Origin: Promethearchaeota archaeon
GTDB lineage: Archaea; Asgardarchaeota; Lokiarchaeia; Sigyniarchaeales; SOKP01
NCBI GenBank assembly: GCA_048938855.1
Contig: JBHLLT010000001.1
Span: forward strand, 32,001-96,000
DNA length: 64,000 bases
Direction of reading: 5' to 3'
In this document: positions 20,060 through 30,119 of the stretch, piece after piece
Layout: every line of letters starts with the position of its first letter
Numbering within the stretch: the stretch's first letter is position 1
The notes under the pieces: generated by a model
Told to the model about the DNA's origin: nothing
The model's database searches: none
What the model saw: the letters and a program-made list of their open reading frames with translations, nothing else
Program-made: the position numbers and the translations under genes

Positions 20060-20491
20060 ATGAGGATTGATAAAAAAATTGAGATTGAATCCAATCCAAA
20101 AAGAATATTCGATATTGTAACTGATGGTGAAAATACTCCAAGATGGAATATCGCCTTAGATGAGGTTATTGAAAAAGAGGAAGGCCAAAAGTTTCTTTTA
20201 AAATCTACTATTGGAGATATCTTAATTGTTGATACAGATAGTGTGGAAAATGAACATGTAACATGGCATATGGAGAAAAGTGATATGAATTCCATAGGTT
20301 ATATTGTGGAACCTAAAGGAGAGCTTACAGAGGTAACTTTATGGACTGAATTTGAAAACAAAAAACTCAGGAAAAGCTATGAAAAGACAGCAAAATTAGT
20401 CTTAAAAAGTTTAAAGAATTATGTAGATTTTATTGAAGAAGGTGGAGATCCAGAGGAATTTGATAAAAAGCACCTTATGGTTAGTCCATAA
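20060..20491 (+). CDS. SRPBCC/START (polyketide cyclase-like) domain protein
   Basis: IEIESNPKRIFDIVTD...PRWN and C-terminal LKSLKNYV helix; ATG 20060 has GGAGG upstream (track start 19970 is probably too long). Confidence 0.75.
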   Translation: MRIDKKIEIESNPKRIFDIVTDGENTPRWNIALDEVIEKEEGQKFLLKSTIGDILIVDTDSVENEHVTWHMEKSDMNSIGYIVEPKGELTEVTLWTEFENKKLRKSYEKTAKLVLKSLKNYVDFIEEGGDPEEFDKKHLMVSP

Positions 20492-20504
20492 GTAATTTAA
20501 AATC

Positions 20505-20516
20505 TTTTTTTTTTTT
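20505..20516 (+). terminator. Oligo-T archaeal-type terminator between convergent genes
   Basis: T12 run 14 nt downstream of the SRPBCC stop. Confidence 0.45.
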
Positions 20517-20525
20517 CATTTCTAT

Positions 20526-22001
20526 TTAGAATTTTCCTATAAGATCATGTGGTTGTGTTTCTCGTTGACCTACTACAGATACTATTCCTAATGATACATC
20601 TTTCATTTCTTTAATAGATCTTGCCCCTGCATAAATCATCCCATTCGCTAAACCTTCCTTTAAAGTCGCTAAAACTCCAGCTACATCCCCTACATAGGGT
20701 ACATAATTGGATACTCCTTCAGTCAGCATTTTTGAACCTTCAATATAACGGTCAGAGATATAACCAAAAGTTCTTGCCTCTTTACTTCCCATACCTCGGT
20801 AAACTTTTACTTTTCTCCCCGCAATTGTATCAATAAAACCTGGAGATTCTTCAGTACCAGCGAAGAAATGTCCAGACATCATTAAATCGGCTCCCACTGC
20901 AAAAGCCTTTGGTAGATCTCCTGGATTAGTAAATCCACCATCTGCAATAAGTGATATTTTTGGACTGTAATCCTGAATAGCATCTGCTACTTGTGCTGTT
21001 GCAAAAAGTGTTGGAGCCCCTACTCCAGTTTGTATAGAAGTTGTACAGATTGAGCCTGATCCCATTCCAACTTTTAAACCAATGAATCGATCCTCAATAA
21101 AATCACATTTTGTAATTAAGTATTCTGCTGCTTGATAAGTCCCAATATTTCCCAATACAAAATCCGATTCTAAAAGCCTCATTAATTTAGATGTACCAAT
21201 AATATCAGCTTTCTTATAAAAATCAGCAACATCAATAAAGAAAATATCGACATATTTATCGATCTCTTTTAATTTATTTTGAGCTTCTGATGACTCTGGA
21301 AATTTTGGAGATAATGCTAAGGCACATAGTAAATGGCCGTCGTCATCTTTAGATGCAAATGGAAATTCTGGTGCTAAATCTTTCTTTGTGATTAATCCTT
21401 TTAAAAGACCATCTTTATCTATAATAGGGAGTTTTTCTTTGCGTGATTCATATAAAATTTTCATTGCATCTTCTCTCGAGGCTCCTGGCTTAATAGAAAT
21501 AACATCTTTAGTCATATAGTCTTTTACAATTCCGTTTTGAATATCTTTCTCAATAAAAGGGATATCACGCTTTGTAAATATGCCACATACTTTCTTAGCT
21601 TCATTAATAACGACGATTCCGCTAATATTATAATTTTCCATCATATATTTGGCTTTAGCGACCCCTTCATTTGGTGTTATCGTCGCTACGTGTTCATCGT
21701 CAATTACAAAAGATCTGGCTCTCTTTACAATTCTAGACATTTCCAGTTGTCTTTCATAAGAGCAATTACGATGTAATACTCCAAGACCACCATGTAACGC
21801 CATATTAATTGCCATTAATTCCTCTGTTACTGTATCCATAGCAGAAGATAGTATCGGTAAATTAAGATGATATCTCCCTAAATTAGAGGAAATATCTACC
21901 TCTTGAGGATTGAAGTTAGTGAATCCTGGAAGAATTAAAATATCTTGAAATGTGGCAATCAATTCTTCCGTATGAATTTTTTTGCGATATTTATCAGACA
22001 T
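20526..22001 (-). CDS. guaB: IMP dehydrogenase with CBS pair
   Basis: SSAMDTVTE, GGLGVLHRN, catalytic GMGSGSICTT, IADGG, YRGMGS, EGV. Confidence 0.95.
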   Translation of the reverse strand: MSDKYRKKIHTEELIATFQDILILPGFTNFNPQEVDISSNLGRYHLNLPILSSAMDTVTEELMAINMALHGGLGVLHRNCSYERQLEMSRIVKRARSFVIDDEHVATITPNEGVAKAKYMMENYNISGIVVINEAKKVCGIFTKRDIPFIEKDIQNGIVKDYMTKDVISIKPGASREDAMKILYESRKEKLPIIDKDGLLKGLITKKDLAPEFPFASKDDDGHLLCALALSPKFPESSEAQNKLKEIDKYVDIFFIDVADFYKKADIIGTSKLMRLLESDFVLGNIGTYQAAEYLITKCDFIEDRFIGLKVGMGSGSICTTSIQTGVGAPTLFATAQVADAIQDYSPKISLIADGGFTNPGDLPKAFAVGADLMMSGHFFAGTEESPGFIDTIAGRKVKVYRGMGSKEARTFGYISDRYIEGSKMLTEGVSNYVPYVGDVAGVLATLKEGLANGMIYAGARSIKEMKDVSLGIVSVVGQRETQPHDLIGKF

Positions 22002-22138
22002 TTTTAAGCACCACGTTGAAAATTTAATAAAAATTTGAATTGATTATACTCCTATATTAAAACATATATAAATTATATCAGACTTAAAAATTTTGGTATT
22101 GAATAGCGATTAAAAAAAAATAAAGAGAGATTTAGTCA

Positions 22139-22954
22139 TTAAACCGGAATATCTCGTTTATTAAATATAACAATTGATGTTACTGTTAGAACCCCAGAAT
22201 AAATTAAAAGAAATAAAACTTTATATCCTACAGTATCCCAAACATGGTTCACAAGTAAATTGGACATATCTGAATAGAAAAATATACTAATAAGTTTTAC
22301 ATTTTGAGTTCCTTCTGGAAATGATTGCCAAAATTGACCAACTGCGTAGAAAAATATCACCACACCTAATGCATAAGCCAATGCCCTCTTGGAAGATGAA
22401 AATGAAGAGAAAAAATAACCAGTACTAATTAGAGAAACCATAAAGATAAAATTCCAAAGAAATGCAAACATAATTTCATTCAAATAAATATCATATATGG
22501 TTACCGAAGGAAATATTAGAATACCTAAAAGAACGCTCATCATAACAAAATAGTAGATTAATAAAATTTCAATTATGAGAGAAAAATACTTACCTAAAGT
22601 CAGTTCAGATCGTTTGAGAGGTTTTGAAAGTAGTAAATCAATTGTTTTATCTTCTATCTCTTTTGGGATGTTCTGTGCAGATTTTAAGATAAAATAGATA
22701 CCAAAGTAAAAGAAAGATACTGCAAATAAATATACATTAAGAAAACCTCCGAACTCAGCAAGATTATAGAATTCTCCAACAATCTGTCGGATTGCTTCAG
22801 GATAATTTTCAAATAATTCCTCCATACCAGCAAAAAGATCGGGATCATAAAAGGTTACAAACCAAACAAAGAAAAGTGACATAATAGCTGAGTAAATCAG
22901 GAGACTTTTGTAATGATTTTTTAGTTCGTTCCATATAATTTGTATTACTTTCAT
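22139..22954 (-). CDS. ABC-2 type exporter permease
   Basis: Multi-TM; EIEDKTIDLLLSKPLKR, LGK, FNKRDI. Confidence 0.9.
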   Translation of the reverse strand: MKVIQIIWNELKNHYKSLLIYSAIMSLFFVWFVTFYDPDLFAGMEELFENYPEAIRQIVGEFYNLAEFGGFLNVYLFAVSFFYFGIYFILKSAQNIPKEIEDKTIDLLLSKPLKRSELTLGKYFSLIIEILLIYYFVMMSVLLGILIFPSVTIYDIYLNEIMFAFLWNFIFMVSLISTGYFFSSFSSSKRALAYALGVVIFFYAVGQFWQSFPEGTQNVKLISIFFYSDMSNLLVNHVWDTVGYKVLFLLIYSGVLTVTSIVIFNKRDIPV

Positions 22955-23907
22955 ACGATCTCTCCTCCTTTTGATTTGTCTTTTTCATAATATTGTAAGA
23001 AAATATTTTCTAATGTAGAATGAGTTATTGAAAAATCTTTTACAAGTTCTCCAGCCCATTCTATTTCGCTAATTTCACATAAAATCTTTCTAGCTTCATT
23101 AGGGGGAAGCAAAAATTCGAGCTGGGTTTGGAAATCATATTTTATTATCGATTCAGGATAATCTGCTTCCAAATATGATTTAAATGCTTTCATACTTTTC
23201 GAAGTTTCAAAGATTAATTCTATATGTTTTAGATTTTTTGCCTTTAGATCATTCACCTCAGATATTTCAACTATTTTTCCTTCCCGTATAATAGCTACTC
23301 GATCGCAAAATTTTTCTACTTCAGCGAGCACATGACTACAAAGAAATATTGTACATTTCGATTCTTTTTGCCTTTCAGATATAATTCTATAAAACTCTGA
23401 TTGCATCAAAGGATCGAGTCCAGAAGTTGGCTCATCCATGATTAATAGATCAAATTCTCCCATTAGAGCTGATAATACTCCAACTTTTTGTTTATTACCT
23501 TTACTTAGAACTCCTACTTTTCTATCCATATCTAATTTAAGACGTTCTGTTACATTTTTAACATACTCCCAATTTATTTCAATGTCGTAGAGTTTCGCAA
23601 AATAATTAATCAATTCATTTGCAGTCATATTTTTATATAAACCTAATTCACCCGGTAAATATCCAATTCGATTCCGAATCTCCACATCTTTTTTTGGACT
23701 TATTTTTTCTCCTAATAATATAATTTCACCTGCATCTATGTTAAGAAATCCAAGTATACATCTGATAGTTGTAGTTTTTCCTGCTCCATTAGGTCCAAGA
23801 AAGCCAAAACGAGAGCCTTTAGGTACATCGAAGGAAATGTCATCTACTGCTTTTACTTTGCGCTTATTATAATACTTTTTCAAGTTTCTAACTTCAATAG
23901 CATTCAT
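22951..23907 (-). CDS. ABC exporter ATP-binding subunit
   Basis: GPNGAGKTT, LSKGNKQK, MDEPTSGLDP, SH; 4-nt overlap with the permease. Confidence 0.95.
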   Translation of the reverse strand: MNAIEVRNLKKYYNKRKVKAVDDISFDVPKGSRFGFLGPNGAGKTTTIRCILGFLNIDAGEIILLGEKISPKKDVEIRNRIGYLPGELGLYKNMTANELINYFAKLYDIEINWEYVKNVTERLKLDMDRKVGVLSKGNKQKVGVLSALMGEFDLLIMDEPTSGLDPLMQSEFYRIISERQKESKCTIFLCSHVLAEVEKFCDRVAIIREGKIVEISEVNDLKAKNLKHIELIFETSKSMKAFKSYLEADYPESIIKYDFQTQLEFLLPPNEARKILCEISEIEWAGELVKDFSITHSTLENIFLQYYEKDKSKGGEIV

Positions 23908-23914
23908 TTTTTAT

Positions 23915-24005
23915 AATATTTTTCATATATTTTAAAATCTATAAAGATACAATATTTAATAACAAGTCAACCTATATAAATATTTTTCATATAATTTGAA
24001 ATCTA
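23915..24005. promoter_or_regulatory. Two 27-bp direct repeats, candidate operators of the adjacent GbsR/MarR pair
   Basis: 23915-23941 aatatttttcatatattttaaaatcta and 23979-24005 aatatttttcatataatttgaaatcta (25/27 identical); the second contains the inverted repeat TTTCA-N7-TGAAA; located in the divergent promoter region. Confidence 0.7.
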
Positions 24006-24046
24006 CAAAAAATTTATTAAATTGAAAAGATAATTAATTTATAGTA

Positions 24047-24556
24047 ATGAATAAAATTGATGAAAATTTTCAATTTGAAGCAATAATTCGAGAAATTGAA
24101 AAAGAACTAATAAAAATAATTGTTGATTTGGGAAGTAATAGTCCTTTATCTCCAAAATTAACTGAAATTTTAGGTTATCTATTACTTCACGATGAGTTAA
24201 CTCAAGCACAATTAAAGGAATTAACAGGATTCTCCATTGGTACGATATCATCTAATTTAAACCAAATGGTTAGTTTAAATATTGTCCGTAAGGAATTAAT
24301 CCCTAAAACAAGGACATACAAATATATTTTCCTTGGAAGAAAAGGGAGTATTGAAATGCAAGCGAGTTTTATGAAAGTAGAAACTGTTTCTTCATCGATA
24401 AATTTCTTTGAACAAAAACATGATGAACTATTGAAATTGGAAAATGAGAAGGGGTATGACTTATTAAACGAAAGAGTAGAATCAATGTTAAAATTTTTCC
24501 AATGGCATAAAAAAGTTATAATAGAGAAATATAAAAAATTAGGAGTTATGAAATAA
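24047..24556 (+). CDS. GbsR/MarR-family transcriptional regulator
   Basis: ILGYLLL, LTQAQLKELTGFSIGTISSNL wHTH, C-terminal dimerisation helix. Confidence 0.85.
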   Translation: MNKIDENFQFEAIIREIEKELIKIIVDLGSNSPLSPKLTEILGYLLLHDELTQAQLKELTGFSIGTISSNLNQMVSLNIVRKELIPKTRTYKYIFLGRKGSIEMQASFMKVETVSSSINFFEQKHDELLKLENEKGYDLLNERVESMLKFFQWHKKVIIEKYKKLGVMK

Positions 24557-24557
24557 T

Positions 24558-25058
24558 TTGGAAGAAAGTGAGATATTTAGTCCAACTTTATTAAAAATTG
24601 AGGAGGATATTATTCGATTTTTATCAAATTCTCCATTATTTTTCACCAAAGACCAATTTATCAACCAAATTAGGGCATATTTCATAACACGTAAGAATTT
24701 AACGCAAAAAAAGTTACAAAAAATCACCAAATTATCACTTGGTAAAATTTCTCAAGTCTTGAAAACTTTAATAAGGTGGAGATTAATTGAAAAAACAGAT
24801 GTTTCAAGCACAGGAGAATATACTTACAGCATGGAATCGATAGATAAGGCTCTTGTTAATTATTTTACTGTCCTTACAAAACAAATGGAGAAATTTATAA
24901 AACCTTTGGAAGAATTAAAAAATAAATTAGATAATGGTGGTGAGAAGATTAAAAACCTTAGAGGATATGATAAGATTAATAAATTATTACCACTGTTCTT
25001 GGATGCAATTAAGGTTAATATTGAAATTATGAAAGAATTTAGTATAGAATTTTTTTAA
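24558..25058 (+). CDS. GbsR/MarR-family transcriptional regulator (tandem paralog)
   Basis: LTQKKLQKITKLSLGKISQVL wHTH; starts 1 nt after the preceding paralog. Confidence 0.85.
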   Translation: MEESEIFSPTLLKIEEDIIRFLSNSPLFFTKDQFINQIRAYFITRKNLTQKKLQKITKLSLGKISQVLKTLIRWRLIEKTDVSSTGEYTYSMESIDKALVNYFTVLTKQMEKFIKPLEELKNKLDNGGEKIKNLRGYDKINKLLPLFLDAIKVNIEIMKEFSIEFF

Positions 25059-25064
25059 AAATTG

Positions 25065-25085
25065 ATGGGTATTTTGACCCATTTT
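25065..25085 (+). terminator. Short hairpin plus T-tract after the regulator pair
   Basis: ATGGGT-attttg-ACCCAT followed by TTT. Confidence 0.35.
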
Positions 25086-25215
25086 ATTATATATACGGAT
25101 ATCACGTAAAGATAAAATTCTCACATATATTAATTAGTAAAAATTAGTATACGACTAGTTATCAGTAAAATAAGTTTTTTTTGTAGAGTTTTTTTGATAT
25201 TTTTGGTGGAAAAAG

Positions 25216-26517
25216 ATTACTGAAACTGAAATTACTGAGGAAAAAATAGTTCAATATCTTATAGATAAGAGTAAGAGTAAATTTGGGTTATTTTCTATTA
25301 ATTACATTTTAATAAACTGCAAAATTAAAGAGTTATTAGAATTTATTGCTGATTATGGTATATCTCCTCCTGAAAAACCATTTGTGAGTAGACTCGAATA
25401 TATAAAACTTATTTTAGCGCATCTAACTAACATTTATAACTCAACTGATTGGCAAAAAAGATTTGATAATCCTTTGGAATACTGTGGATATGCTGTAATC
25501 AATTCAAAAAGATTCAAAAAATATTTATACAACTTAGATTTTATTGCAAAGCAAGATTTAATTGAGACTTTTGCAGATCATTGTGCAGATCTAGAGATAA
25601 CAGTCCATAATACAACTTATGATTCAATAACACCTGAGATGGACATGTATTTAACTATCAAAAAGTCAAAAGTTAAGACCGCAGCTGTTTTTGTAATGAA
25701 TGGTGTCAATGTTAATGATGAATCTTATGCAGAAACAAAAAAATCTATAAAACAAGCAACTAAAGTTGCAAGTTGGAATATTTTTGTAACAACTCCTATT
25801 GGTGTTCTTAAATTAGGCTTAAAAAATTTAATTCTTGACATGAATAATTTAAACTGTTGGCTATATGTAGTTGATCCCTCACGGAAAATTGTTTTTGGTA
25901 TAAATAAGGGAAGAAAGAATGATAAATTTGATGTTGAAACACGTAATAATTTCATTAAAAAACTTCCTAAAGAACCAATGAGAGCACCTTCACAAGTTAT
26001 AAAATTATCTGACTATTCGTTTGATGAACAGAACTCGTTTGAATCATATAATTTTAGATTATTTGATATCTATAACGACATAGAACATAATAAATTAATG
26101 TTAAAGGAAGCAGATCAACCAAAATATTCAGAGATATTCAGAGATTTGATCATTATGGAAAAATCCAGTGGAACCCCACTAGTTAACTATTCAAGTGAGA
26201 ACTTCAAGGAACAAGCACTAGTATCAGGGTTTCTTACTGCTATGGACTCTTTCGTAACTCAAATTGGGGGCTCAAAAATGGAAGAAATTAATTATAAAGG
26301 TTTGTATGTACAAGCATCTTATGGTGAATCTATTGAAATCGTATGTTTTTTATTCAAGCCGTCAGATTCAAGCTTTAAAGAGCGGCTTAATTACCTTACT
26401 ACTCTTTTTGAAACACTTTATGAAGAACAAATTGAAGAGTTCAAAAGAACGGGTAATATAAATCTATTTGACGAAGATGAGATTCTTTCTATTATGAAAG
26501 ATATCCTTGATATTTGA
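25216..26517 (+). CDS. Hypothetical protein with C-terminal longin-like domain; probable ATT start
   Basis: C-terminal ALVSGFLTAMDSF motif; frame stays open 56 codons upstream of the track GTG (25384) to an ATT with GGTGG 6 nt upstream. Confidence 0.7.
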   Translation: MTETEITEEKIVQYLIDKSKSKFGLFSINYILINCKIKELLEFIADYGISPPEKPFVSRLEYIKLILAHLTNIYNSTDWQKRFDNPLEYCGYAVINSKRFKKYLYNLDFIAKQDLIETFADHCADLEITVHNTTYDSITPEMDMYLTIKKSKVKTAAVFVMNGVNVNDESYAETKKSIKQATKVASWNIFVTTPIGVLKLGLKNLILDMNNLNCWLYVVDPSRKIVFGINKGRKNDKFDVETRNNFIKKLPKEPMRAPSQVIKLSDYSFDEQNSFESYNFRLFDIYNDIEHNKLMLKEADQPKYSEIFRDLIIMEKSSGTPLVNYSSENFKEQALVSGFLTAMDSFVTQIGGSKMEEINYKGLYVQASYGESIEIVCFLFKPSDSSFKERLNYLTTLFETLYEEQIEEFKRTGNINLFDEDEILSIMKDILDI

Positions 26518-26596
26518 TAGAAGATTTATTAAAGCAGCAATATCAAAATACCAAAAATTCATTGAAATACTTTAATAAAATCCCTCAATAAAATGT

Positions 26597-27511
26597 TTAC
26601 ATACGAGTTAAGTTTCTTCTAGGTAAATTCTGTATTTTGGGGTTATTTATTAACAAATCTAACACTTTAATTATATTCTCTTTATCAGTTTTTATGTTTT
26701 CTGTTTCTATATCAATATAGTTACTCATGTGATCATTAAACATTTGAGATGTAACATTTTCAGTTAAATTTGCTATAATTTCTCTCTCTTCTATTAAATT
26801 TTCAACAGGAGTTAATAACTCAAAATCTCCACTTTTCCATTCGTCCCATAATTCCGAAAAAGGAACGATATTCAATGTTCTAAATCTAAATATCGTAGGA
26901 TTAATCTCAGACAATACTCTTGCTGTTTCTTTTACATGTTCTTCTGAATGTTTTTTTCCTCCTAGACCTAAAATTACATACAAGCTCAATTTAATTCCAG
27001 CATTTAATACTTTTTTTCCTGCCCTAATCATCGATTCAGCATTAGTTCCTTTCCTCATTAATCTTAAAATCTTGCTACTCCCACTTTCTAATCCCATATA
27101 GACAATGTCTAGTCCTACATTTGCCAATTTTTTTAATTCTTCGTCTGATTTTCTTAAGATATCTAATGCTTTCGCATAACAACTTACTCTTGGAACAGCT
27201 TTTAATTTAAATCGAACATATTTTATTATATCTACTAAATAATCTGTTGGAGCTGATGTAGGATTACCCCCTGCTAAGAACACAGGAAATCCATGATAAT
27301 TATTCTCTGCATAATAATCAACATCTCTTTTAACATCTTCTAAAGGTCTAATTTCATAATCTTGCTCAATACCATACATACCTTTGTAGGTTCCACAGAA
27401 CCTACATCGATTCCATGAGCAACCTCCTGTAACTGGAATTAAGACAGACATAGAAGCCCCTTCTACAGGAGGTCTTATTACTATTTGACTAGGGGGCACT
27501 TTTGGTAACAT
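26597..27511 (-). CDS. Radical SAM protein (IRPPxE family)
   Basis: IRPPVEG, GCSWNRCRFC, YMGLESG, NDHMSNY. Confidence 0.9.
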   Translation of the reverse strand: MLPKVPPSQIVIRPPVEGASMSVLIPVTGGCSWNRCRFCGTYKGMYGIEQDYEIRPLEDVKRDVDYYAENNYHGFPVFLAGGNPTSAPTDYLVDIIKYVRFKLKAVPRVSCYAKALDILRKSDEELKKLANVGLDIVYMGLESGSSKILRLMRKGTNAESMIRAGKKVLNAGIKLSLYVILGLGGKKHSEEHVKETARVLSEINPTIFRFRTLNIVPFSELWDEWKSGDFELLTPVENLIEEREIIANLTENVTSQMFNDHMSNYIDIETENIKTDKENIIKVLDLLINNPKIQNLPRRNLTRM

Positions 27512-27741
27512 CAGAGTAAATAGGAAAATTATATTTGTTTAATATTATTAATCTTTATACACTTTATTTGAATCAACATAGTTTTTTAGATATTACTATT
27601 ATAAATATTAATAACGCTTCACGGAAACTATTTAAGGTGCTAATTATTCAATTTATTAACATTAGAGAATATAAAATTCCAATTAAAAAACCTTAAAATT
27701 CTTTAAGATATTTCTATTATCATTCGAAGATCCATTAAAAA

Positions 27742-28338
27742 ATGAGTTATAATCAAAAAGATATATTATTTAGCTTTAAGATTGTGATATGCGGAGCCAG
27801 TTCAGTTGGTAAGACATCTCTTTTTAATCGGTATTGCTTTAACTCATTTAGTTTTGATAGTTCTCCAACAATTGGGATAAATTTTCATTCTGTTTATTTG
27901 AAAATCAATTTTACAAAAGAAATAAATCCACAGAATGAAAATTATGTAGTAAATTCTATTTTTGATTTTGGAGGGCAAGAAAGGTTTGCTCCATTAATCC
28001 CCAAATTTATAGAAGGCGCAAACGGAGCTTTATTAGTATTTGATTCTACAAGTTATCCTTCTTTTGAACAATTAGATTTTTGGTTTGAAAATATTATTAA
28101 AAATGCGATAGACTCAAAAATTCCAATAGTGTTAGTCGCTAATAAAAGTGACTTAATAGAGAAAACCCCAGAATCAGAAATAATTAAAGATAAACTGATT
28201 TTTGATTATTTAGAAAAAAGAAATTTAGATGGATTTGCACGAACTTCAGCATTAGAAAATTACAATGTTTTAGAAGTATTTAAAGAATTAAATAATAAAA
28301 TGTTGAAAAAAGAACATATCCCATTTGTTGTAGCTTAA
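27742..28338 (+). CDS. Ras-superfamily (Rab-like) small GTPase
   Basis: G1 GASSVGKT, G2 PTIG, G3 DFGGQERF, G4 NKSD, G5 TSAL; no C-terminal prenylation cysteines. Confidence 0.93.
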   Translation: MSYNQKDILFSFKIVICGASSVGKTSLFNRYCFNSFSFDSSPTIGINFHSVYLKINFTKEINPQNENYVVNSIFDFGGQERFAPLIPKFIEGANGALLVFDSTSYPSFEQLDFWFENIIKNAIDSKIPIVLVANKSDLIEKTPESEIIKDKLIFDYLEKRNLDGFARTSALENYNVLEVFKELNNKMLKKEHIPFVVA

Positions 28339-29408
28339 AATTCTCTCATATAGACAAAATCTGAGAAAATGTTAAAAAAAACTTTCTGTGCCTTATTTAA
28401 ATCAGGATAAATGTCTCTTAAATAGTTTCGAGCTTGTTCTGTTAAGTTTTTGGCTAAATGTTCAGCAATTCGTAAAGTATTCGTATCAGTAAATATCTTT
28501 ACTACTGTATCGACGTCATTATTAGATAGTTTTGGTTTGTTATAAATCTCTGAAATTATTCTTGATTCATCAGGACCAGCATTTTGGATACATAAAATAT
28601 ATGGTAATTTCTTTTGTTTATTTTTAATATCGTTTTTTAAGTCAATAATATCATCCCGAATTGCGTGAGCTTGTCCAATCCGTAACATGGCTTCACTTAA
28701 GGGATTGATTTGATAATGAAGATTTCCTTTAGCCAAAATAGCTCCAATCTTAGTAGATTTTTCAAATATTCTTGCTTTTTGAGATTCTGCTATATTCAAA
28801 TACTGCTCTAATGTCATAGTAATATTATTATAATTCATGTATTCTTCTACTAGTTGCCCTTTCATTAAGTAATCCATTGCTTCTGTGTATTCATTAATTG
28901 CAAATAATTTCAAATTATCTGGGAATTTTGATGATTTTAATATGTTTAATCCTAAAAGATACCCTTGTGTACCACCTAATATTGACATATCTCTACCATA
29001 TAGTCTTATTAATTCATCTTTATTCGGGAGTTCTAAATCCTTATATACTTGATTCATTTCATTTTTTAATTGGACGTGAAATGTAGGTTTCCCTCTTCTT
29101 GTTGTATCGTTATCTAGAAGATCATCATGTATTAAGTGCCCGCTATGTAATAATTCAACGGATATGGAAACTTCATATATTTGTTCTTTTTGATCTTCTA
29201 AATACATAGGATTTACAATTCCCGTAAAAGCGGCAATTAATAATATAGGATGGATTCTTTTTGCTTTTTCATTGAGAATAAATTCTTCTAACTGGTTGAT
29301 AAAATCATTTAGAAGAATATCTTTTTCTTTCTTGTGTAGATTAGCAAAATAGGTTTCCAGTTGCTCATCTACCATCATTTTTTCGGTTTTAAAGAATTCA
29401 TCAATCAT
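28335..29408 (-). CDS. Polyprenyl synthetase family protein (divergent)
   Basis: AKRIHP, FARM HDDLLDNDTTRRG, GQ, SARM RDDIID. Confidence 0.85.
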   Translation of the reverse strand: MIDEFFKTEKMMVDEQLETYFANLHKKEKDILLNDFINQLEEFILNEKAKRIHPILLIAAFTGIVNPMYLEDQKEQIYEVSISVELLHSGHLIHDDLLDNDTTRRGKPTFHVQLKNEMNQVYKDLELPNKDELIRLYGRDMSILGGTQGYLLGLNILKSSKFPDNLKLFAINEYTEAMDYLMKGQLVEEYMNYNNITMTLEQYLNIAESQKARIFEKSTKIGAILAKGNLHYQINPLSEAMLRIGQAHAIRDDIIDLKNDIKNKQKKLPYILCIQNAGPDESRIISEIYNKPKLSNNDVDTVVKIFTDTNTLRIAEHLAKNLTEQARNYLRDIYPDLNKAQKVFFNIFSDFVYMREF

Positions 29409-29528
29409 GATAAAAATGCAAATTGCTATACTTTGGCTAATGCAATAATATTAATATAAAACATTTAATAATTTAATTTTATTATATATTAAATTTATAC
29501 ATATAATTTAATAAGGAGAGTCTTAAAA

Positions 29529-30041
29529 ATGAAAATAGCGGTAATTTCTGATTCCCATGACCATAAAAATAATATTTTGAAAGCTGTTTCTATTATTAAT
29601 GAAAGAAAAGTTGATGCACTTATCCACTGTGGAGATTATATTGCGCCATTTGTAAGAAAATGGTTTAATAATTTAAATGATTCTATAAAAAATAACTTTT
29701 ATGGGGTGTTTGGGAACAATGATGGTGAAGTATTATTTCTTAAAAAAAATTTAGGTCAAATTTGTGAATTCCCTCAAAATGCTAAAGAACTAATTTTAGA
29801 GTTAGGTGGTAAGAGAATTTTTGTATCACACATGCCCTCAGAAAAAACTATAGAAGCTTTAGGGAAATCTGGTGATTTCGACATAATTTTAACAGGGCAC
29901 ACGCATTTTCTTTCAAATAAAAAGCTAGATAATGATACTTTAGTAATTAACCCAGGTGAACTTTGTGGATATTTAACAGATAAAGCTACATTTGCTATTA
30001 TTGATACAGAAAAAATGGAATCTGAGATAATTGAATTATAG
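29529..30041 (+). CDS. Metallophosphoesterase, YfcE/MJ0936 family
   Basis: SDSH, HCGD, GNND, GHTH, INPG. Confidence 0.92.
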   Translation: MKIAVISDSHDHKNNILKAVSIINERKVDALIHCGDYIAPFVRKWFNNLNDSIKNNFYGVFGNNDGEVLFLKKNLGQICEFPQNAKELILELGGKRIFVSHMPSEKTIEALGKSGDFDIILTGHTHFLSNKKLDNDTLVINPGELCGYLTDKATFAIIDTEKMESEIIEL

Positions 30042-30119
30042 AATACCATTTTTTTTTCTTTTTGAATAATTAAGTATAAATAGAACCTTTATGATTTCAG
30101 GCTTATTACTTATACTTTT

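Noticed and set aside
25216-25384. Frameshift or pseudogene explanation for the region upstream of the 25384 ORF
   Set aside because: The upstream segment is in the same frame with no stop, so a non-canonical start is simpler than a frameshift.
27742-29408. Rab-like GTPase overlapping a polyprenyl synthetase as a protein-prenylation module
   Set aside because: The genes are convergent and the GTPase ends HIPFVVA with no CC/CXC/CAAX cysteine.
29529-30041. Possible retromer Vps29 ortholog
   Set aside because: All metal-binding motifs of ordinary YfcE/MJ0936 phosphoesterases are intact; no Vps29-specific evidence is visible.
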